In this document: positions 1 to 10,789 of the stretch, piece by piece
Layout of the letters: each line of letters opens with the position of its first letter
How positions within the stretch are numbered: position 1 is the stretch's first letter
NCBI GenBank assembly: GCA_951406725.2
Contig: OX597835.1
Coordinates: 43,338,001 to 43,402,000, forward strand
DNA: 64,000 nucleotides
Origin: Octopus vulgaris
Taxonomy: Eukaryota
Direction of reading: 5' to 3'
Program-made: the position numbers and the translations under genes
Notes under the pieces: generated by a model
The model's database searches: none
The model's input: the letters and a program-made list of their open reading frames with translations, nothing else
What the model was told of the DNA's origin: nothing

Positions 1-504
1 TGTGTGTGTGTGTGTGGGGGTGAGTGGATGTGGGTGTACGCGTGTATATGCGTGTTACAGATGGGATCGTTTCGCGTGTTGCCGGTACCACGTAACCCAA
101 TACGATTTGTTACATGGTCAGATCGTTGTCAATAACTAAACCGTGAACCTCACTCGCTCCACTAACGGGCTTGGCTGGTGAGGCGGGGTCGCTAGAGCAA
201 CCTAGCAACGCGAAAACAAACAAAAAACAAAACTGTTAAACATACGGATGAATCCAGAATAAGGTCAATAGCTATTTGGCAATATTGCACGGGTAGATAG
301 GACATACCCGCGACGGTGAACGAGTATATTGAGGGACCAATTTAAGACTGATAAACCCTACCTTAGATCTTGTTAGAGCATCTATTAAAGGGAGGGGTAT
401 ATAGGGGCCCCTCAGCTGTGATGAGGACTGCTCCACGGAGTTGTTGCGTGCATTAATTTATAGACATTATATTGGTCTTAGATATATATTTCTTCAAGTG
501 TATA

Positions 505-726
505 TACTTGTTTCAGTCATTTGATTGTGGCCATGCTGGAGCACCGCCTTTAGTCGAGCAAATCGACTCCAGGGCTTATTCTTTGTAAGCCTAGTACTTA
601 TTCTATCGGTCTCTTTTGCCGAACCGCTAAGTTACGGGGACGTAAACACACTAGCATCGGTTGTCAAGCGATGTTGAGGGGATCAACACGGACAGACAAA
701 CATATACACGTACACACACACACACA

Positions 727-770
<44 letters not shown>

Positions 771-944
771 CACATATACATATATACGACGGGCTTCTTT
801 CAGTTTCCGCCTACCAAATCCACTCACAAGGCTTTGGTCAGCCCGAGGCTATAGTAGAAGACACTTGCCCAAGGTGCCACGCAGTGGGACTGAACCCGGA
901 ACCATGTGGTTGGTAAGCAAGCTACTTACCACACGGCCACTCCT
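505..944 (-). mobile_element. tRNA-derived SINE family A (CORE-like body, internal CA/TA microsatellite)
   Basis: Head GGAGTGGCYGTGTGGTAAG...GGTTCAGTCCC, then CACCTTGGGCAAGTGTCTT; about 20 full or partial copies in the window. Confidence 0.85.
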
Positions 945-1075
945 TCACATTGTCATATATAGATACTCTGTATGTATGTATGTATGTATGTATGTATGTA
1001 TGTATGTATGCATGTATATATATATATATATATATATATTGTATACACATTGTCATATATACATACTCTGTATGC

Positions 1076-1121
<46 letters not shown>

Positions 1122-1124
<3 letters not shown>

Positions 1125-1315
1125 AAGAATTCACAAAAAAACAAAGCAAAAAACGAAGACAGGTGGTGTAAACAACAAACAGATGTATTAGTTTAACGCT
1201 CGGGAAGTGAGAAAGTCTTTAACATTTTGAGCCTACGCTCTTCGACAGAAAGGAACACAGAAAGAAACAAGGAGAGAAAATAAAGACTGTGTAGTGGCTA
1301 GCGATCTATCATGGC

Positions 1316-1318
<3 letters not shown>
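1122..1318 (-). mobile_element. ~200-bp repeat embedded in (TA)n with a degenerate hammerhead motif; further copies at 18642-18812 (-) and 54089-54280 (+)
   Basis: Three similar copies containing TTTCTGTCGAAGAGCGTAGGCTC(G/A)AAATGT(T/A)AAAG, each abutting (TA)n. Confidence 0.6.
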
Positions 1319-1353
<35 letters not shown>

Positions 1354-1445
1354 GAAATTTACAGTAAAGCAAATGACGAAGACAGGTGTATAAACAACAA
1401 GCAGGTTGGGTCATATATATATATATAAATATATATACACACACA

Positions 1446-2660
1446 CACACATGCAGGAAGTAAATAGACACCTTTATTTTCAAAATCTTTTATTTAATAC
1501 ACAAAACAAAGCAATTGAAATGTAATCGATAGGTAGGACTACATACTTTAGTATTTAGGTGACATTCCTTTGTGGTTTTTAATTCAAAAACTCTTTTTGG
1601 TATTGAACTGATGAGCTTTGTGATTGTCTCTTGTGGAATTTCTGCCCACTTTTCACGCAACAATCGAAACAATTCATCTTTAGATTTAGGTTTCTGTCGA
1701 GTTTTTCATATAGCTCTATCTAGTATGCTCCAAAGATTTTCAATTGGGTTCATCTCAGGAGATTGGCTCGGCCAAGGAAGCTTTTCGATCCCATTTTCAG
1801 TCAGCCATTGTTGATTCCTTTTTGCTGTGTTGCAAGGATAAAACTCATTTTTCGTTATGTTATCGTATGAATACATCGGAAGTAGTATTTTTCAGAGTTT
1901 ATGGTTCCAACACATTCGATCAGCTCAGAATGGACCATTGCTGGTGACAGCTCCCCATACCATTACAGAGATACTGCCATGTTTCACAGTTGGTTGGGGT
2001 TGTTTTGAATCAAATTCTTGATTGGGAAGCCTCCAGACCCAAACACGTCCACTGTCTGAAAATAATGCAAATCTGGATTCATCCGAGAAAATCACTCTAT
2101 CCCCCAAATGAACTGGATTCTTCTGACATCTCCTTAGCCCATTTCTTTCTTTTCATAATATTAATTCGTTGAAGGAGAGGTTTTCTTCTAGTTGCTTGTC
2201 CATAATACCCAAGCTTACGCTTGGACTAACTTCTAGATGTTTTGCAATGTCAGAAGTCTTTGAATGGGGTTCGTTTTCCACAATTCGCTTCAAACAGTGA
2301 AGCTTCCTTTCCAAGGGCTCAGGTCGGCCAGGACGAGAATCTGTTGATTCTTTTCCTTGACTTTTGAAATTCACTATAATTCTATTAACAGTAGCAAGAG
2401 GAATTTAAAGATTTTCGGTAATTTTTCGCTGGGTAAGACCAGCCTCAGACAGCCCCAAAATACGACCTCTTTGAAAATCTGACAGTTCTGCTGAATTTTT
2501 TATGCGTGGAATGGTTACTCTTCACAAATGTTTAATATAATAGCACCTGGAATGAAAAAGAATAATTACATTGTAAATTCTACACCACTGAAAACATGAT
2601 AAGACGCTTAGATCAGAAATTTCGACAATTAAAGGTGTCTATTTACTTCCTGCATGTCTG
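1446..2660 (-). pseudogene. Decayed Tc1 (DD34E-type) transposon
   Basis: ~30-bp TIRs (CATGCAGGAAGTAAATAGACACCTTT) at both ends. Fragments VIFSDESRF...TVKHG.SVMVWG, SQSP..NPIENLW and EKWAEIPQETITKLISSIPKR, broken by frameshifts. Confidence 0.88.
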
Positions 2661-2666
2661 TGTATA

Positions 2667-3182
2667 TTAGAGGAAAATCAAAACCAAGGCAGAACGCATC
2701 TCTCAAGTCATTTAGAATAATTTACTTACACCCGTTTCTGGAATAACCCAAGTGGGTGGTTAGCATGTCCGTGCACTGGGTATTCCGTCGTCAGAGACAA
2801 GGTACTATCTGGATTTACTTGGGATTTTAACTAAAACCTGTACCTTCATGGAAGTACCGACCAACATCCATATCCTCTGGAAAAAGATGAGTTGTGAACA
2901 TCATTCTCCTGCCTGTATTCTTCTGACTACCTTTGCTCTTTATTCTTCTATTTTATTCTTTATAAACTGTGAATTTTATCCCTTGTAAACTATAAATTTT
3001 TCCCGTCTAAAATAATCATACCTTGTCTCTGATGACGAAATACCCAGTACACGGACATACTAACCAATCACTTGGGTTATCCCAGAAACGGCTGTAAGAC
3101 TTCAAATTCACCTTACCCTAATTAAATTATTCTAAATCACCTGAGATACTCATTCTGCTTTGGTTTTGATTTTTTCCTCTAA
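2667..3182. mobile_element. Penelope-like element remnant with inverted pseudo-LTRs
   Basis: 2667-2804 is an inverted copy of ~3019-3182, and each copy carries a hammerhead core. Confidence 0.6.
3025..3100 (+). ncRNA. Type I hammerhead ribozyme motif
   Basis: GTCT-CTGATGA-stem II (GAAATACCCAGT / ACTTGGGTTATCC)-GAAAC-GGCT-GTA-AGAC; stem I is GTCT/AGAC. Confidence 0.6.
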
Positions 3183-3405
3183 TATAATATATACCTGCTA
3201 TAAGGGAACCCTAATACGGATCCCTAGATTCAGCCTTAGCTGGGATCTTGGAACCTAATCGATCAAACTATAGCACTTACCCAGCGTACCTATCCGTTTA
3301 GATCAAAAGTGAACTAAACCCCTGATATTCTTTATATATATAATGTGACCGCGTGTTGGCGATTTTTTTCCTGTCTTCCCTTCTCTGGATCTTTCCTTCT
3401 CCTAT

Positions 3406-3440
3406 GTTTCCGACGAAGAGCTCCGCTCGAAACGTCAAAC
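3406..3440 (+). ncRNA. Minimal hammerhead ribozyme motif (variant core) in a ~200-bp Penelope-like repeat (3340-3545)
   Basis: GTTT-CCGACGA-A-GAGC(TCC)GCTC-GAAACGTC-AAAC. Confidence 0.55.
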
Positions 3441-3547
3441 TCTCCTTCTTTCCTTCTTTCCTGAGCGTCCAATAATACTATATTTGTTCCACGTCCTCGC
3501 GTTGTTGTGTTTTTTTGTGCTTTCATGTTTGGATTTACTAACTACAC

Positions 3548-3596
<49 letters not shown>

Positions 3597-3851
3597 TACA
3601 TAATGTGTGTATATGTATGTGTGTGAATGTGTTTGTGTGTTTATATAATATATATACACACACACATATACATAATGTGTGTGCATATGTATGTGTGTGA
3701 ATGTGTGTGAGTGTGTTTGTGTATTCATGTATATATCCTACACCCCGCCCACTTATATTACCCTCGCCATATTTCTCACTCTACTCCCTTCCTAGAAAAG
3801 TATTTCCCATCTTCACAAAACACCTAAAAACTACTTATAAACAACTCGACC

Positions 3852-3888
<37 letters not shown>

Positions 3889-4196
3889 ACTTTTTCTCAT
3901 CACTTACCTCCCTCCCCGACTCATCCACACTCACACTCTTACATTACCACTCTTCCATTCTCTCCCTCATACTTATACTCTTTCTTCCTCCACCTCACAT
4001 TCTTACATTCCTCCAGACATTCTCGTCCCCCACCTCCACCTTTTTTCTCAAAAACGGAGCCACCTATTTGTTGCACTGCCTCCAAAATATGTTACGTCGC
4101 CGCCAGATGTATTACGTGGACTCCAGATGTGTTATGTAATCTCCAGATATATTTTCTGACTTCTAACTATATTATCTGGTCTCTAGGTATGTTACC

Positions 4197-4428
4197 TATT
4201 TCTTTATTACCCACAAGGGGCTAAACACAGAGGGGACAAACAAGGACAGACATAGGTATTAAGTCGATTAAATCGACCCCAGTGCGTAACAGGTACTTAC
4301 TTTATCGCCCCCGAAAGGATGAAAGGCAAAGTCGACCTCGGCGGAATTTGAACTCAGAACGTAACGGCAGACGAAATACGGCTACGCATTTCGCCCGGCG
4401 TGCTAACGTTTCTGCCAGCTCACCGCCT
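4197..4428 (-). mobile_element. tRNA-derived SINE family B (~230 bp, Meta/Sauria-like central domain)
   Basis: Head GGCGG.GAGCTGGCAGAAACGTTAG...GAGTTCAAATTCCGCC, core GGTCGACTTTGCCTTTCATCCTTTCGGGG, tail TAAAGAAATA; more than 12 copies. Confidence 0.85.
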
Positions 4429-5002
4429 GTTACCGTATGTTACCTACACTCTGGATAAGTTATCTAGACACAAGGTGAGTTATCCGTAGTCCAGATGTAT
4501 CCTGTGAGCTTCCTGTTGTTACCTTTCACACTTCCGGTGTGTTATAACGATCCTACAGATATAAACATAGACTCCAGATCTTTTATGGGAACATCATGTA
4601 TTTCGTTACTTCTAAACGTGTTCTACAGAGACTACAGATGTGTTAATTTCTTGTGTTCTGTTATCACTACGCATGTTTTCTGGATTTCAGATATGTTATA
4701 TGAATCACAGGCGTGTTCTACTCATACCATGTGTCTTGTCAACACTCCAGGTGTGTAATATAAATCCAAGATATGTTCTATCAAGACAGGTGTGTTATTT
4801 CGAGCCTAGGTGTGTTGTTTAAAGCTCATGTGTATTCTACCAACACCACGTGTGTCATTAGACACCAGGTGTGCTTTCTCATCATCATGTGGATTATTTA
4901 GATACCAGGTGTGTAAAACTAGATTTTACTGCTGTCTCGGAATATATTAACCATAAACCTCAGCTGTTTACTGCATTTCTTGTTAATATTTACATCAGCT
5001 AA

Positions 5003-5575
5003 GTCGACGAGCTGAAAGAAACGTTAGCACGCCGGACCAAATGCTTAGCGGTATTTCGTCTGGCGCTACGTTCTGTGTTCAAATTCCGCCGAGGTCGACT
5101 TTGCCTCGATAAATTAAGTACCAGTTACGCACTGGAGTCGATGTAATCGACTTAATCCGTTTGTCTGTCCTTGTTTGTCCCCTCTGTGTTTAGCCCCTTG
5201 TGGGCAGTAAAGAAATAAGAAACGTTACCACGCCGGTCAAATGCCTGACGGCGTTTCATCTGTCCTTAATTTTACGTTCAAATTCCGCCGAGGTCGACTC
5301 TGCCTTTCATCCTTTCGGGGTTGATAAAATAAGTACCAGCTGAGCTCTGGGGTCGGTGTAATCGAATTAATCCCTCCCCCGGTCTAGTACGAAAATCTGA
5401 AATCAATATTTACCGAAGCTAAGACGGCCAGCTGGCAGAATCGTTAACACGCTGGGCAAAATGCTTTGTGGTATTTCGTCCCTCTTTATGTTCTGAGTTC
5501 AAATTCTGCCGAGGTTGACTTTGTAATCGACTAGCTTCCTGTCCTGAAATTGCTGGTCTTTTGCCAAAATTTAGA
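5003..5575 (+). mobile_element. Three tandem or adjacent SINE family B copies (another at 6234-6459)
   Basis: The GTTCAAATTC.GCCGAGGT.GACT core occurs three times. Confidence 0.75.
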
Positions 5576-6774
5576 ACTTATATTTACCGCAGCTCCCGAA
5601 GATATTGATCACATTCTTGAAGGATAATTTCAAAAGTCTTCAAGGAAATTCACAGCAGAGAGGGCCTTTTAGATACTCTTTCAGAATACTCCCTGCTGTA
5701 AGTAGGGGCGGTTTTACCTAATTGATGAATATTTCGTTAGTTTGTCATACGGAATTCAATTTCTACCCAAAAGAGAGAATATATTACGTTAACCTGGCAT
5801 CCTATCCCGGAGAGATTCGTCTCTCATCCACTTAATATCATGCAAATCGCAAATACATATAATTCTACTGGATTATAGAGAAAGTAGATGGAAACTAAAA
5901 GAAGCCTGTCATGTGTGTGTGTGTGTGTGTGTATTCTCCACCACTGCTCGACAACCGGTTTTCGTGTGTTTACGTAGCCGTAACTTAGTGGTTCGGCAAA
6001 AGGACCGATAAAATACGTCAGACTTAAAAACAAATAAGTACTGGAGTCGATTTCATCGTATAAAATTCTTCAGGGCAGTGCCCCAGCATGGCCACAGATT
6101 TAATGACTGAAAGCACTAAAAGGTAGAAGATAGTACCGTAGTTGTACTTTACCACATTCCTTGTCATATTTTACCATAATCCTTGACCAGTGGCCTACTG
6201 TCGCCCTCTAGGTTAACGATATACACCACTCTTAGGCGGCGAACTGGCAGAAACGTTAGCACGCCGGGCGAAATGCTTTGTGGTATTTCGTCTGCCGTTA
6301 TGTTCTGAGTTCAAATTCCGCCGAGGTCGACTTTCATCCTTTCGGGATCGATTAAATAAGTGCCAGTTACGCACTGGGGTCGATATAATCGACTTAATCC
6401 GTTTGTCTGTCCTTGTTTGTCCTCTCTGTGTTTAGCCCCTTGTGGATAGTAAAGAAATAGATATACACGACTCTTACTTTATTCGTAGCATACCACCGAC
6501 TAAAGCAGGGATTCTCAACCATTTTTTTATCTTTGAACTCCTTTGATTACTATTATATTCAGGTGGACCCCATTCGATGTTTGAAATCTAGTTTTATAGA
6601 ATCTTTGTTCAAAATTCCTGTCTTGTTTTTCACACATTAACTTGCACAGGTTGAACTATGCAAAATGTTAGAGAAAGAAACCCAGCTGCTTATTGCAGCA
6701 ATACATACCAATACATACATCTAAAGCAGGGGTTCTCAAACATTTTTTTTATCTATGGACCCTTTTGATTACTA

Positions 6775-8174
6775 CAGGGTGTTCCAAAAGAAACAGTGCA
6801 CTGAACATTTTCATAGGTATACATAAAGAAACAGTGCACTGAACACAAGAAAGGATATTTATAGTTGAAAATGTTTTCCCAAAAGATTTTAAATATTATA
6901 TTTAGATAATTTAGATATCTAAATTTTAGATATTTATATTAAATATTCTTTTGTTTCAGGGACCCTTTGAAAATGGTGCTTACCTTACAAGAAAGGATAT
7001 TTATTGTTGAAAATGTTTTCCGAGATGGTGGCAAATACACAAAAGAAGTGCAAGAGTCATTTCAAGAAAAATTTGGTGCAGAACGTTTGCCGCATCGAAA
7101 TTGTGTTTCCGCTTTGTTGCATAAGTTCAAAAAAACTGGAAGTGTTCAAGACAAACCCAAAAGTGGCCGCCCAAAAGTCGTTACAGATACAGTCTTACAG
7201 AATGTTACCAACAAACTGCAGAGGAGCCCACGAAAGTCTTTGAGGCGTTTGTCTCAAGAAACTAGGATATCTCTAACATCAACTCACCGAGCAGTGCATC
7301 AACTTAAATTCTTTCCATATAAAGTGCATGTTGTTCATGAACTGAAGCCTCAGGATTCAGAAAAACGCGTACTCTTCTGTCGGTGGTTTGAAAATTTTAT
7401 TCTAGAGAAAGGTGAAAACATTTTAAACCATACATTCTTCAGTGATGAAGCATGGTTCCATTTGTCCGGGTACATGAACAGTCAGAACTCTAGAGTGTGG
7501 TCTACAATAAATCCTCATGCTCTGTTTCAGAAACCACTCCACGATCAAAAAGTTGGTGTTTGGTGTGCTTTGTCAAGGCGGCGTATAATTGGACCTATAT
7601 TTTTTGAAAACACCATCACATCTGAGTGTTACATTCATAACATCCTGGAGCCATTTTTTGATCAACTGACGGAGCAAGAAAAGCAACAAGGCTGGTTCCA
7701 GCAAGATGGTGCAACTGCACATACGGCTCGTGTCAGTATGGCTGCAGTTGGTGATGTCTTTGGGGATCGTGTGATCTCTCGTGGTTTGTGGCCACCTCGA
7801 TCACCGGATTTAACACCTCCTGACTTTTATTTGTGGGGCAAATTGAAAGACTCAGTGTATGCAGACAATCCTCGAACTACGGATGAACTGAAGCAGAAAA
7901 TAACAAGTGTTATTCAAAACATCAAACCTGATGAACTTGAGTGTGTTTTTCAAAACACGCAGCGTCGCGCTCGTTTATGTCTGCAGGTGAATGGCGCACA
8001 CTTTCAACAGTTATTGTAGATCATATCTTACTGCACGAGTCAATCCTCAATCGTACTTTAGTTGATAAGGTATTGAATTTGTGAATATTTGCAATAAATA
8101 GTATTTTTCTGTGAGTTTTGTTTCTTTGGGTTATTAGCATATTCCTACTGCACTGTTTCTTTTGGAACACCCTG
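6775..8174 (+). mobile_element. Full-length Tc1/mariner DNA transposon (rosa/DD41D-like lineage)
   Basis: Perfect 26-bp TIRs CAGGGTGTTCCAAAAGAAACAGTGCA at 6775-6800 and 8149-8174, TA on the left flank, intact transposase inside. Confidence 0.95.
6973..8019 (+). CDS. Intact Tc1/mariner transposase, 348 aa, DD38D triad
   Basis: First ATG at 6973 (the track starts at an upstream TTG). N-terminal HTH region with GRPK; motifs FSDEAWF, WFQQDGATAHT and WPPRSPDLTPPDFYLWG. Confidence 0.93.
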   Translation: MVLTLQERIFIVENVFRDGGKYTKEVQESFQEKFGAERLPHRNCVSALLHKFKKTGSVQDKPKSGRPKVVTDTVLQNVTNKLQRSPRKSLRRLSQETRISLTSTHRAVHQLKFFPYKVHVVHELKPQDSEKRVLFCRWFENFILEKGENILNHTFFSDEAWFHLSGYMNSQNSRVWSTINPHALFQKPLHDQKVGVWCALSRRRIIGPIFFENTITSECYIHNILEPFFDQLTEQEKQQGWFQQDGATAHTARVSMAAVGDVFGDRVISRGLWPPRSPDLTPPDFYLWGKLKDSVYADNPRTTDELKQKITSVIQNIKPDELECVFQNTQRRARLCLQVNGAHFQQLL

Positions 8175-8827
8175 CTGGTAGACATCCACAGCAAGTCGCT
8201 GTTTAAAAACTAGTTTTATATAAATATCTTTCAAAATCCCTATTTTGTTTTCCACACATTAATTTGTGTCGATTGAATTATGTAAAATATTAGAGAAAGA
8301 AACCTAACTGCTTCTTGCAATACATACCAAAACATCTAAAGCAAGGGTTCTCAACCAATTTTTATCTATGGACCCCTTTCATTACTATTTTATGCTGGCG
8401 GACCCCTATAAACATTCGATGTTTAAAATCTGGTTTTATAGAATCTTCGTTCAAAATCCCTATTTCGTTTTTCACACATTAAACTTGTGGAGGCTGAATT
8501 ATGTAAAATGTCGAAAAAAGAAACTGAGCTGTTTCTGTCAATGCGTATCAATTCATACAACTAAAGCAAAAATGTTTTCAGGGGTCCTTAAAATACTATT
8601 GTAGATCCCCAATGTACTATTTTGTTACGTGGACTCCACCAAAACATTAAATGGACCCTCAAGGGTCATATGGACCCCAGTTGAGAACCATTGGACGAGA
8701 GCAAACACTCGTATATAAAGTGGTCGCCGTGTACGGTCTACACACTACGCATACCCCACGATACGTAACTGTCTTTTGATGCAGCCATATTTCACTGTTG
8801 TATTTACGCTACTTATATTTACTACGT

Positions 8828-9124
8828 GTGGAGGCGCAATGGCCCAGTGGTTAGGGCAGCGGACTCGCGGTTTCGATTCCCAGACCGGGCATTGTGAGTG
8901 TTCATTGAGCAAAAACACCTAAAGCTCCACGAGGCTCCGGCAGGGGGTGGAGGCGATCCCTGCTGTACTCTTTCGCCAAAATTTTCCCCCACTCTTTCTT
9001 CTGTTGGCCTGCTCGCTTAGCCAGCGGGGTGGCGTCATTTGAAGGCTTAAACAATGCGAAGCGCATTGTGACCAGCGATGTGTAGCAACATCTGATTGCC
9101 TGGTCGGTCACGGTGATCACGGTG
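8828..9124 (+). mobile_element. tRNA-derived SINE (third family) with 13-bp TSD
   Basis: A box TGGCCCAGTGG, B box GTTTCGATTCC, (TCACGGTGA)2 tail; TSD ATATTTACTACGT at 8815-8827 and 9125-9137. Confidence 0.85.
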
Positions 9125-9449
9125 ATATTTACTACGTACCCCGGTGAAGTCATCTCTATTCTTTCTAATTTGGCACGCGGGCCAGCAGTTTGAGAGGTGG
9201 GGGTCACGTGGATTTCATCGACCATTCTTCTTCACTGGTACTGGTTTCATCGATCCAGGAAGGATGAAAAATAAAGTTGACCCGAGAGGGACTTGAGCTA
9301 GAACATCAAGAGCCAGAAGAAATGCCGATAAGCATTTTGTTCGACGCGCTTACCATTCTGCTAGCTCGCCGTCTTGGTATAGTCATATGAATTGCCATAA
9401 TCCTTGTTGCAACCATAGTTTACCATAATCCTTTTCTTTTATCTGTTCC

Positions 9450-9843
9450 GTATTTCAGTCATTAGACAGCGCCCTAGCTGGAGCACCGCTTTGTAGGTTC
9501 TTTAGTCGAATGAATCAACCCCTGTACTTTCTCTCGTTTTAGGCCTAGTACTTTTTCTCTCGCTGTCTTTTGCCGAACCGCTAAGTTACGGGAACGTAAA
9601 CACACCAACACCGGTTGTCAAGCGGTGGTTGGTGGACAAACACAGACTCAAAGATGCGCGCGCACATGTGTGTGTGTGTGTGTGTGTATACGACGGGCTT
9701 CTTCGGTTAAATCCGCTCACAAGGCTTTGGTCGGCCTGAGGCTGTAGCAGAAGACACTTGCCCGAGGTGCCATGCGGTGGGACTGAACCCAGAACCATAT
9801 GGTTGGGAAGCAAGCTTCTTACCACACAGCCACACCTGCGCCT
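9450..9843 (-). mobile_element. SINE family A
   Basis: Same consensus as 505-944. Confidence 0.8.
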
Positions 9844-10327
9844 TAGGGTACATATATTTTACCATATACCTTGTTGTAATCCTTTATATTACCATCTTCC
9901 TTGATGCAGTTATATTTTACCACAGTTCTTGGGAACCGTAATATCTCCTTGTTTAGCTGGAATGTGTCTTTGCCATTTATGTAACTCTGTTTCGATTCCT
10001 GGTATGGACTTGCATTCACATACGACAACAATGTTCTTTGGCAAAGTGTTTCCACATAATATTCCTTGTGTTTCATTGACATCTGAAGGATGAAAAACAA
10101 AGTCGACATCGGCGGGATTTCAGCTTAGGGCGTAAAGGGCCGGAAGAAATGCCTTTAAGCATTTTGTCCGACGCACCGGCGAACCTTTTTGAAGGTTTTG
10201 ACTGGACGTAAGTGTGTGTGTGTGTGTTTTAAGAAAATTTAAGTTTTCTTAACAAAGAGGGAAAAAAGACAAAATAAGTTAAGATTGACTTTTGGCAAAG
10301 TCGAATGGTCAACAGTTTTATATATAT

Positions 10328-10358
<31 letters not shown>

Positions 10359-10672
10359 CCCTGCCGTCACCGCTGTCGCCACCCCACGAGAATTTAGGTG
10401 AAGATTTTTGCCTGATATATTTCGGTTGTGATTCACTTTTAACCGAAGGCAACACGAGGAGACTTCGTTATGGAAAGACGAACGAGAGAGAAGGTATATT
10501 CATACATACATATACTAACATTTATATAGACATACATATATATATACGTGTGTGTGTGTGTGTGTGTTTATGTATGAATACACACCCGAAATTTTGTCTT
10601 TCATTCCTCGAGTTCCTTTAATAATACGTAACATAATAGTGTTGTAAAAGTAAGAATTCTGGGAAACTTGCC

Positions 10673-10734
10673 AAAAAGAAAAGAAAGAAAGAAAGAAAGA
10701 AAAAGGAAAGAAAGAAAGAAAGAAAGAAAAAGGA

Positions 10735-10789
<55 letters not shown>
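10673..10789. repeat. (AAAG)n microsatellite
   Basis: Direct reading. Confidence 0.95.

Larger units (their letters stand above)
6506..8693. mobile_element. hAT/Charlie-type MITE with three tandem ~220-bp left-end units; hosts the mariner
   Basis: CAGGGG/ATTCTCAA-type starts at 6506, 6727 and 8342; right end GTTGAGAACCATTG at 8680-8693; degenerate 8-bp TSD GACTAAAG / GACGAGAG. Confidence 0.7.

Noticed and set aside
661-1191. Recurrent ORFs with [22 protein letters not shown] (also 14941, 29769, 52386)
   Set aside because: Antisense translation of SINE family A.
8828-8900. Possible tRNA gene
   Set aside because: The A and B boxes belong to a SINE with a TSD and tail; the cloverleaf is incomplete.
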